Shown here: in pieces, positions 1 to 6,453 of the stretch | How the letters are laid out: each line of letters opens with the position of its first letter | Position numbering within the stretch: position 1 is the stretch's first letter | Assembly: GCF_020969955.1 (NCBI RefSeq) | Contig: NZ_JAHDSX010000068.1 | Location: forward strand, 1 to 8,111 | Direction: 5' to 3' | Source: Allobaculum fili | GTDB lineage: Bacteria > Bacillota_I > Bacilli_A > Erysipelotrichales > Erysipelotrichaceae | DNA length: 8,111 nt | The notes under the pieces: model-generated | What the model was told of the DNA's origin: nothing | What the model saw: only the letters and a program-made list of their open reading frames with translations | The model's database searches: none | Made by a program: the position numbers and the translations under genes

Positions 1-80
1 CCGGAAACATATCGAACCCGGCCGTTAAGCTGCAGAACGCCGACAATAGCCGCAAGGCAAAGATAGGAAGCTGCCAGACA
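1..80 (+). rRNA. rrf: 5S ribosomal RNA, 3' portion (5' end lies upstream of the window)
   Basis: Read by eye against bacterial 5S (e.g. the B. subtilis 5S pattern ...CCGAACACGGAAGTTAAGC...AGCGCCGATGGTAG...AGAGTAGGA.GC.GCCA). The window has CGAACCCGGCCGTTAAGC (13-30), AACGCCGACAATAG (36-49) and AGATAGGAAGCTGCCAG (61-77) in the same order and spacing. A terminator follows immediately. The exact 3' end is +/- a few nt. Confidence 0.8.
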
Positions 81-85
81 AAATG

Positions 86-135
86 AAATCCCCGAAGGAT
101 AAAGGAGAGATCCAATATCTTTCGGGGATTTTTTT
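86..135 (+). terminator. Rho-independent terminator at the end of the rRNA operon
   Basis: AAATCCCCGAA (86-96) pairs perfectly with TTCGGGGATTT (121-131). An inner GGAT/ATCC pairing (97-100 / 110-113) shortens the loop. A run of 7 T follows (129-135). Confidence 0.8.
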
Positions 136-535
136 GCTGTCTGGAAATTTGTTCGAGAAATTTGCGTATTGAAAAATTTGTTTTTCGATTCGTCGGATGC
201 CTGCCCGAACACCAGGCGATCCTGTTTTCTGTCGAAACGATTGGAATTTTTACAGGATTCGCAAAGAACCTTTTAAATCTGGAGTTTTACGTATCTCTTA
301 ACAGAACTTTCGGGAGTCTTAGAAAGCACATACCAAAAACGGAGCGTGAGTCTTTATAGTCAGCCGTTTTGAAGGTTCACCCCCTGAAAAAACGGTTTCT
401 GTCGAATGGATAAAATCTATGTACCGAAATACGAAACGCCTGCTTTAGCAAAACAATCGTATTTCCGTATCGGACGCAAACTTTGTACGAAAGATGCGCC
501 AAAGAAATTTGCGAGGAAATGGAAGAAGGAAGGAA

Positions 536-1696
536 ATGGAAAAACCAAATGTATTTGTACCCCTGGGCGGGGCACAGTCTGTTGGCGACAGCTGCTATTT
601 TGTCCGTATGAATGGTGTGAACATCCTTCTGGATGCGGGTGCTGCAGTTCATGAGGGGCAGATTGAATATCCAGATTATGAATACCTCCTTCGGGCTGGC
701 ATTCTGGAAAGCTTCAGCGAAATCAATCTGATTCTGATTTCCCATGCCCACCTGGATCATTGCCGTGGTTTGCCTGTGCTGACCAATCTGGCAAAAAATG
801 CGGAAATCTGGACGACAGAAACGACATGGAAACTGGTTGAGCTCCAGCTCCAAAGGGGATTTCATCGGGATCTGCATGCTTCCAATCTATGGGTGACGCG
901 GATACAGGAGCGAGTAGAATTTCTGGATTTCATGCAGGAACGAAGTTTTGCCGATCTGAAGATCACGTGCCTCCAGGCTGGCCATATTCCAGGAGCTGCC
1001 ATGTTCTGGATCCAGAGCCGGAATAGCTCTCTGCTGTATACCGGCGATTACAGTCTGAACCAAATGCCGCTTACTGGGTCCGCCATTTTGCCCGAAGATA
1101 TCCATCCGGATGCGCTGATTCTTTGCGGTCTGCATGCACTGGATGAATACAGGTGTACCCGCTCCGGTCTTTCTGGTCTGCTGGGCGCAATTCAAAGCCA
1201 TATTGATGCCGGCGAGGCAGTGAACTGCCTGATTGGGCAGCTCTCCAAAGGGGTAGAGTTTCTCAAAATTATTCTCGATGAAATCGATGGTCTGGAGAAC
1301 ATCTATCTCGATACACGGGTTATGGATACCGTTCATGCGCTCGAGCAGAGCGGGATTCCGATACTGGATAAAAAATGCCGGATGCTGGCTGGGGAAGGAG
1401 ATGACGTTTTCGATGCGCCGCATACCATAACGATTGCCTCCGATTTGCGCTGTTTCCCGTTATACATCGATCCGTGGATAGTGGATTTCACGCTGCATGA
1501 GTCATATCTCCAGATGAAGGAAATTCTAGAGAGGCTCAATGCCGTACAGGTGTTTATCGTTCACTGCGATCCCCGGCGACAGAGCGGCCGGCCGATTGAT
1601 CAGCGCCTTCTCAATGAAGGCAGATGCTTCTCGCAAATCGAAATGCCGCAAAAGAAGGAGATTTTCCTTCTGCCGTTTCAGCCCGCATCCTGCTGA
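536..1696 (+). CDS. Metallo-beta-lactamase fold, beta-CASP family nuclease (RNase J/CPSF-like core, standalone, ~386 aa)
   Basis: ORF 494-1696. I prefer the ATG at 536 because it is preceded by GGAAGAAGGAAGGAA (SD-like) and because beta-CASP proteins start close to the 'PLGGAQSVGDSCY' strand. Motifs in order: LLDAG (motif 1), SHAHLDH (HxHxDH, nt 743-760), AGHIPGAA (motif 3), YTGDY (motif 4), DFTLHES (beta-CASP motif B His), VFIVHCD (motif C His). The upstream ATG at 494 cannot be excluded. Confidence 0.88.
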   Translation: MEKPNVFVPLGGAQSVGDSCYFVRMNGVNILLDAGAAVHEGQIEYPDYEYLLRAGILESFSEINLILISHAHLDHCRGLPVLTNLAKNAEIWTTETTWKLVELQLQRGFHRDLHASNLWVTRIQERVEFLDFMQERSFADLKITCLQAGHIPGAAMFWIQSRNSSLLYTGDYSLNQMPLTGSAILPEDIHPDALILCGLHALDEYRCTRSGLSGLLGAIQSHIDAGEAVNCLIGQLSKGVEFLKIILDEIDGLENIYLDTRVMDTVHALEQSGIPILDKKCRMLAGEGDDVFDAPHTITIASDLRCFPLYIDPWIVDFTLHESYLQMKEILERLNAVQVFIVHCDPRRQSGRPIDQRLLNEGRCFSQIEMPQKKEIFLLPFQPASC

Positions 1697-1817
1697 AAAG
1701 CTGAGAGGAGGTTTCGATCAAGGCGATCGATCTAATTTGAACAGAGCTGATTTTGTCATATCCCGTCCGAGCAGAGCCGTTCAATTCAGCTCGATCAGAC
1801 TTTGACCGTATCTCGGT

Positions 1818-1826
1818 TGGAATATT
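1818..1826 (+). promoter_or_regulatory. Candidate extended -10 element (TGgAATATT) for the 1933-6242 operon
   Basis: TG at 1818-1819, one spacer nt, then AATATT (4/6 to TATAAT). TTGACC at 1802-1807 is only 13 nt upstream, so it is not a proper -35. The call is weak. If real, the tandem array 1857-1926 lies in the 5' leader. Confidence 0.25.
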
Positions 1827-1856
1827 GCCCAAACGCAGAAGTTTGTATGGAAAGAA

Positions 1857-1926
1857 ATTCAGGAAATGAAATTCAGGAAATGAAATTCAGGAAAAGAGAT
1901 TCAGGAAAAGAGATTCAGGAAAGGAA
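1857..1926. repeat. Head-to-tail tandem array, 5 copies of a 14-bp unit (ATTCAGGAAAnnnn)
   Basis: Unit starts at 1857, 1871, 1885, 1899 and 1913, an exact 14-nt period. Copies 1-2 are ATTCAGGAAATGAA, copies 3-4 are ATTCAGGAAAAGAG, and copy 5 is ATTCAGGAAAGGAA. Copy 5 supplies the SD-like AGGAAAGGAAAG just before the ATG at 1933. Confidence 0.97.
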
Positions 1927-1932
1927 AGCCAA

Positions 1933-3279
1933 ATGAGTGACCACAGAAAAACATCCCGCCGCCCGCATAGAAATGTGTCCCGACAGGACGAAAAAAGAGA
2001 AGACGTAAAGCCAAAAAAGAAACCCGTCGAAAAGGAGGGAGAAAAGGCAGCTCGATCCTCACGACAGACTAGACCGGAGACGAATGCGAAAACGAAATCC
2101 TGCCCGAAAAACGAAACCAGAAATCAGGAGAAATCTGAGGGCAATCCAGAAAAGCGAAACGCAGCATCTTCCGCAGTTAGACCTGGCTCTGAGGCGACAG
2201 CCGCTTCGCCTACGGTGCAGGATCAGGTGATCGATAAGCTGCACGAAAAGATTCAAAACCGTCATACCAAAAAGAGAGTCCGTCAGGAGATCAGCAACGA
2301 AAACTGCATGCTCATGGTCTGCCTGCAAAACCCCGGACTGAGTCCGATGCAGATGGTTGAACGGGTGAATACGTATTACGGAACGATGGTTCGCTACGAT
2401 GACGTCCTGGAGTTTTTCCGGGTGCAGAAAATCAATCGGCCAGAAGTTCGCATCGCGATTTTTACGCAGGCAAAACAGAGCGCATCGCTTCTTGAACAGG
2501 CTATGAAAAACGATTTGTCCGCTCTCAATCAGTTCGAAGAAGAAATGAAAAGCCGTTCGAAAGAATTTGGCATTCATCGACAGTTCTTCTCTCGCATCCT
2601 GCTGACGACCTTCTTCCAGAACAATCCAGCCTTTCATAAATATGGCGATGAAGAAGATGTCGCCCTGATGGGCAATACGCTGCAGTTTTATACCCTGCTG
2701 GATTTGATCGATTCCATTCGACAGGCCATCGAAAATCAGGAAGAGGTCGAAAGCGCAGAAGAAAAAACGCTGAAAACCGTACCGGTTCGCGAACTGGAAA
2801 AAGCCAGCCAGAGAATTCGCGAGCTGGAAAGCGCGCTCGAGAGAACCGGCTATCTTCTTTCCGATTTGCAGGATGAATTCGACGCCCAGCTCGAACAGAA
2901 CAAGATTCGGGAAATCGTCGAGTTTTTCTCGCAGCTCAATTCGGAAAAATACGGCTTTTTGCTGGATGAACTGCTGGCCCTGCAAAAAGGCGTCAGCCGT
3001 CTTCGTAAGCAGAAGTACGAAACGCCGCCCGAAATCAGCGGCGTTCTGATCCTCGTTCGAAAACTGATCCAGTTTGTTCAGGACAGTCACATTAATCCGA
3101 TGTTCCGCCTCGATCAGGTGCTCGAAATTACCGCATCTCAGGCCGAGGAAATGGACTACGAAGGCGATCCGTTTCTCGACAATACGATGCTACGGAAAGT
3201 CCAGGTGCTTTCCCCCGGATGGATTTATCAGGATAAGGAAATTCAGATTTCAAGACCAAAAGTGAGGGAAATGAAATGA
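1933..3279 (+). CDS. Hypothetical protein with a GrpE-like C-terminal half. Putative dedicated nucleotide-exchange/adaptor partner of the downstream Hsp70-like ATPase
   Basis: 448-aa ORF with an SD-like purine tract upstream; its stop overlaps the next start (ATGA at 3276-3279). aa 1-120 are K/R/E/S/P-rich low complexity. aa ~283-360 are heptad-like helix (RELEKASQRIRELESALER...DLQDEFDAQLEQNK...EKYGFLLDELLALQKG; compare GrpE AEFENyRkR...EKf..eLLPV.D.L.RA). The C-terminus VQVLSPGWIYQDKEIQISRPKV (nt 3211-3264 cover SPGW...PKV) matches the GrpE beta-domain pattern V..v.qkGY.l..r.iRPa.V. Coding status is confident; the functional call was made by eye. Confidence 0.8.
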   Translation: MSDHRKTSRRPHRNVSRQDEKREDVKPKKKPVEKEGEKAARSSRQTRPETNAKTKSCPKNETRNQEKSEGNPEKRNAASSAVRPGSEATAASPTVQDQVIDKLHEKIQNRHTKKRVRQEISNENCMLMVCLQNPGLSPMQMVERVNTYYGTMVRYDDVLEFFRVQKINRPEVRIAIFTQAKQSASLLEQAMKNDLSALNQFEEEMKSRSKEFGIHRQFFSRILLTTFFQNNPAFHKYGDEEDVALMGNTLQFYTLLDLIDSIRQAIENQEEVESAEEKTLKTVPVRELEKASQRIRELESALERTGYLLSDLQDEFDAQLEQNKIREIVEFFSQLNSEKYGFLLDELLALQKGVSRLRKQKYETPPEISGVLILVRKLIQFVQDSHINPMFRLDQVLEITASQAEEMDYEGDPFLDNTMLRKVQVLSPGWIYQDKEIQISRPKVREMK

Positions 3280-6242
3280 CAAATCAGGCGAATGAACTTT
3301 GTGTCGGCATCGATCTGGGTACGACCAACTCTGTAATTGCGTTTACCAATACGCGCCCAAACGGCGATCTCGTCAGCCGGGTCTTCTCGGCCAGACGAAG
3401 CAACGATGTGTATTATGTGGCCGGTTCCGGGCAGTCGGTTTCCACCGTTCTGGAACCGACGCTGCCCAGCGTTGTGTACTATTCGATGGAAAGCGGCTAT
3501 CAGCCAATAGTCGGCAACTTTGCCCGTCATCAGTATGCGATTCGTCCGCATCTGGTGGCGCGTTCCATCAAAAGCCAGATGGGACAGCCCAGAGTCACCG
3601 GGCTTTCTCCGGATGTTCCGGATGAGACGCCGGCTAAAATTTCCAGCCGGATTCTCAAGCATCTGATCGCGGATATGTCCCGCAAATTCCGCACGCCGAT
3701 CGAAGAAGCGATTATTACCGTTCCGGCTAGCTTTGATGCCATCATGTGCGAAGCCACACGAGAAGCCGCAAGGCTCGCTGGACTTCGGATTTATCAGGAA
3801 GACGGCAGTGAAATGCCGATTCTGCTCTCGGAGCCCAACGCGGTGATTTACGATCTCATCAACCAGATTCGAAACGGGGAAGTACCCTCCTCGCTTCTCG
3901 ATGTTTCTTCGAAAAAGCGCGTTCTGGTCTTTGATCTGGGCGGCGGCACGCTGGATGTTTCCCTGCATGAAATTGAGCAGGATGCGCAAAGCGGTTCGCT
4001 GATGGTGGATGAAGTCGCCACCAACCGCTACACCCGCCTGGGCGGCGATGATTTTGATCGTCTTATTGCGGACGCGATGTATCAGCGTCTCTATACGCAG
4101 TATCACAAGCATCCGGAAATCCAGAATAAAATTGTGCAGCTGAAAGAGCAGATTTATCCGCAGCTGCTTGATAAGGCGGAAGGCTTAAAGCTTTCCGTGA
4201 GCATGGCGCAGGAAGATGTGCTGGGCAGCGGCTGGGGCGATGATGAGGAAGAGGATCTGTATCCGGTCGGCGGCCGAATCAGCACCCTGGGCTACGCGTA
4301 TGATGATTCCTTCACCAGGGAAGAAATAGAAGAAATCCTTTCTCCGCTTATGGGAAAGGATCTGACGATCGATCAGTATCAGAATATGGATACGATCGAA
4401 AATACGAAAAATATAATTTACCCCATTCTGGATGTTTTAAACAAAGCGTCCAGAGATACAGAAGGACCGGTTCCGGTCGATGCAGTCGTGCTGAATGGCG
4501 GCATGTCCAAGTTTTATCTGATCGAATCCCGTCTGGAAGAGTTTTTCGGCTTTAAGCCGATTACCGCAGTGGATCCCGATCAGTCGGTCGCCCGCGGTGC
4601 CGCGATTTATCATTATCTGCTGAAGCACAATCAGATCGCGAAGGGAAAAGGCCAGGTCGAACAGCTGCAGGAAGAAGGACTCGATCGAAAGGAAACGCTC
4701 GGATCCAATCCAGCCGATCCATCGGGTTCCAATGGCTTCGGAGCTTCTGCTGATTCTGAAAATGTGCAGGACGTTTCAAATATGACCTGGACAAATTCTG
4801 GCTCTTCGTCCACAGGTCAAAGCCTGAACGCTTCGGCTGGGTCAGAGCGGACTGCGGGTTTTCGGATTCGCCAGACCAGCATTCTCAATGAGAGTCTGTA
4901 TTTGCAGGGGCAGAATGACATTCATCGAAAAATCATTGAAGCCGGGACAAAGCTTCCGCATGAATCCGCTGTTTTAAACGGATTCATGATTCGAGCCGGT
5001 CAGAACAAGATCGCCATTCCGATTGAACATCGAAGCTACGATGGTTCGTATCGAATCATCGCCAACGGCGTCGTGAATCTGAACACGGTGTATGAGCAGA
5101 ATTTGCACGTGCGTCTGCAGATGAATCTTTCCAGCTCAAAAATCCTTTCCCTTCGTGCCTGGATTGTCGAAAATTCAGACAGCGAGGACGTGCTGGAAGA
5201 AGTTTCAGCACAGCTTTCCGTCTCTGGCGTAGGCCGTTCGGAACCGAAGGGGGCCCCGAAAATGCTTCCAAGTCTGATTTTCCAGAACACCCCAAGAAAA
5301 GTATCGACGGGCAATATGCAGGGAACAGGAACGGTGGATGTTTCCCGGCTTCTTCGAAACATGGAACGGGCTCTGGAATCTATGGATCGAGTGACCCATC
5401 CTGTACAGCGCGGAGAAAAAGTGAAAGAAGCCGCGCGGATCGGCAATCAGATTGCATCCTGCGCCAATAAGAAGGAAGCTGCATTTCCAGTTTTGGCCCT
5501 TCTGAAAAACACGACCAACGGTTTTCTGCGTGAACGGCTGTTCATTATCGCACGAAAGCTTGCTCCGTTCTGGACCGAACGGCAGACCGGCGAACTGGTG
5601 AAGATTGCCAAAGTTTACCTGACCAGTTCTCAATCGTATGGCCCAAAAACACTCAATCGCAATGGAGCGAATATTGAAGCCATTCATACGATCAGCGCAT
5701 GCGGCAAACCGAAGGATGCGCTGGATATTCTGGGAATGGGCTACGAACAGCAGTATCGCAATCCTCTGCTTAACCTTTGCGGTAAGCAGCAGGTCGCCAT
5801 CGACTGGATCAGCCGCTGCTTCTTAGAAGATGCGGATGCGGTATTCCTTCGCAAGCCCTGCAAGATCAGCGAAAGCACGCGTGCTCTGGGCAATGCGCTG
5901 CGCTTAAGTTCCGGACAGCGTGTAGCCATGTCTTCCCGAGACTTTTATATGGAAAAGCTCATCGCTCTGCTGCAGTCCGGATCGCTGTTTGACTTTGAAG
6001 TCGACAGCTGTCTGGTTGCGCTGGGCAGTATCGGCGATCAGCGCTTTGCGGACAATACGGTGGACGAAAAAATGCTCGAACGGGCACGCCGCTGCATTTC
6101 CAGAGTTCCGGACATTTATATCGACGTCCTCGCCACGCGTTTTGACCGCGCCAGAGAAGTCGTTGACATGCTTCTTTCCGGTCAGAAACTGGAGGCGGAT
6201 CAGGAAGCGTATCTTCTGGTTATGCTGGAAGGAAACGACTAG
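3276..6242 (+). CDS. Atypical Hsp70-family ATPase (988 aa): DnaK-like NBD, low-complexity insert, SBD-beta-like region and HEAT-like helical C-terminal domain
   Basis: GAGGGA SD 7 nt upstream of the ATG. Hsp70 motifs in canonical order: GIDLGTTNS (aa 11-19, nt 3306-3332), TLPSVVYY, IITVPASFD, LSEPNAV, VLVFDLGGGTLDVSL (DLGGGTLD at nt 3933-3956), LGGDDFD, VVLNGGMSKFYLIESRLEEFFG, DPDQSVARGAAIY. aa ~451-528 are S/G/N/Q-rich. aa ~529-650 resemble the DnaK linker plus SBD-beta (SILNESLYLQG; IIEAGTKLPHESAV; LHVRLQMNLSSSKILSLRAW). aa ~691-988 are helical with HEAT-like signatures (AIHTISACGKPKDALDIL; RALGNALRLSS; VALGSIGDQR at nt 6015-6044). Confidence 0.95.
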   Translation: MTNQANELCVGIDLGTTNSVIAFTNTRPNGDLVSRVFSARRSNDVYYVAGSGQSVSTVLEPTLPSVVYYSMESGYQPIVGNFARHQYAIRPHLVARSIKSQMGQPRVTGLSPDVPDETPAKISSRILKHLIADMSRKFRTPIEEAIITVPASFDAIMCEATREAARLAGLRIYQEDGSEMPILLSEPNAVIYDLINQIRNGEVPSSLLDVSSKKRVLVFDLGGGTLDVSLHEIEQDAQSGSLMVDEVATNRYTRLGGDDFDRLIADAMYQRLYTQYHKHPEIQNKIVQLKEQIYPQLLDKAEGLKLSVSMAQEDVLGSGWGDDEEEDLYPVGGRISTLGYAYDDSFTREEIEEILSPLMGKDLTIDQYQNMDTIENTKNIIYPILDVLNKASRDTEGPVPVDAVVLNGGMSKFYLIESRLEEFFGFKPITAVDPDQSVARGAAIYHYLLKHNQIAKGKGQVEQLQEEGLDRKETLGSNPADPSGSNGFGASADSENVQDVSNMTWTNSGSSSTGQSLNASAGSERTAGFRIRQTSILNESLYLQGQNDIHRKIIEAGTKLPHESAVLNGFMIRAGQNKIAIPIEHRSYDGSYRIIANGVVNLNTVYEQNLHVRLQMNLSSSKILSLRAWIVENSDSEDVLEEVSAQLSVSGVGRSEPKGAPKMLPSLIFQNTPRKVSTGNMQGTGTVDVSRLLRNMERALESMDRVTHPVQRGEKVKEAARIGNQIASCANKKEAAFPVLALLKNTTNGFLRERLFIIARKLAPFWTERQTGELVKIAKVYLTSSQSYGPKTLNRNGANIEAIHTISACGKPKDALDILGMGYEQQYRNPLLNLCGKQQVAIDWISRCFLEDADAVFLRKPCKISESTRALGNALRLSSGQRVAMSSRDFYMEKLIALLQSGSLFDFEVDSCLVALGSIGDQRFADNTVDEKMLERARRCISRVPDIYIDVLATRFDRAREVVDMLLSGQKLEADQEAYLLVMLEGND

Positions 6243-6369
6243 CTCTTCAGGTCGTATGCACGTCAGACCAGATTTCACCGATCAGCAGAAGAACAGAGGA
6301 ATACGATAGAAGAATGGAAGAACAATACCCAGAGATTCAAAGCTTCTTCATAAATCCATAAACCCTGAA

Positions 6370-6412
6370 CGCCTGGACTTTACGAACATCGAGAAGATCC
6401 AGGCGCTTTTTT
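6370..6412 (+). terminator. Rho-independent terminator of the Hsp70-like operon
   Basis: CGCCTGGA (6370-6377) pairs with TCCAGGCG (6398-6405), and a CTT/AAG pairing extends the stem into the loop. The stem is followed by C + TTTTTT (6407-6412). The loop is large, hence moderate confidence. Confidence 0.7.
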
Positions 6413-6453
6413 ACCCTCGATTCCTGGCGCATGGGAAACAGTGTGGATTTGTT

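Noticed and set aside
162-359. 65-aa ORF (TTG start) and 406-654 ORF in the region after the 5S terminator
   Set aside because: No SD, a non-ATG start, no motifs, and the second overlaps the nuclease gene out of frame. I treat this region as non-coding or unassigned.
136-535. A possible tRNA or riboswitch following the 5S gene
   Set aside because: GGTTCACCCC (374-383) superficially resembles a T-arm, but no acceptor, D or anticodon arms can be built around it. I could not recognise any known riboswitch core by eye.
1093-1110. HPD tripeptide (EDIHPDALIL) in the beta-CASP protein as a hidden J-domain
   Set aside because: It is an isolated tripeptide inside the MBL/beta-CASP fold, without the surrounding J-domain helices (no Y/F-HPDK context). 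It is a chance occurrence.
887-1423. 178-aa ORF antisense to the beta-CASP gene (and 1333-1539, 1611-1832 minus-strand ORFs)
   Set aside because: It overlaps a motif-supported CDS, or intergenic sequence without an RBS, and has no recognisable domains.
1714-1731. TCGATC-aaggc-GATCGA hairpin and the orphan GAGGAGG (1708-1714) after the nuclease stop
   Set aside because: The 6-bp stem has no U-tract, so it is not a credible terminator. The SD-like GAGGAGG has no start codon at a suitable distance.
1857-1926. Tandem repeats as a CRISPR array, or as eukaryote-style heat-shock elements (alternating nGAAn/nTTCn)
   Set aside because: The units are contiguous with no spacers and only 14 bp long, so this is not CRISPR. 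The GAAnTTC alternation resembles an HSF-type HSE, but that regulator is eukaryotic. I regard the resemblance as coincidental to the purine-rich repeat.
2059-3090. 343-aa ORF antisense to the GrpE-like gene
   Set aside because: It lies entirely inside a plus-strand CDS that has motif support, an SD and translational coupling. The antisense product is low-complexity (F/L/Q/R-rich mirror of GAA/AAA/CTG-rich sense codons) with no recognisable motif or RBS.
3243-4112. 289-aa ORF antisense to the Hsp70 NBD region
   Set aside because: The plus-strand frame carries every canonical Hsp70 motif. The antisense frame has no motifs and is most simply a codon-bias artefact.
6314-6361. 15-aa mini-ORF (MEEQYPEIQSFFINP) between the Hsp70 stop and its terminator
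   Set aside because: No properly spaced SD, very short, and no conservation information. It is most likely a chance ORF in the 3' UTR.
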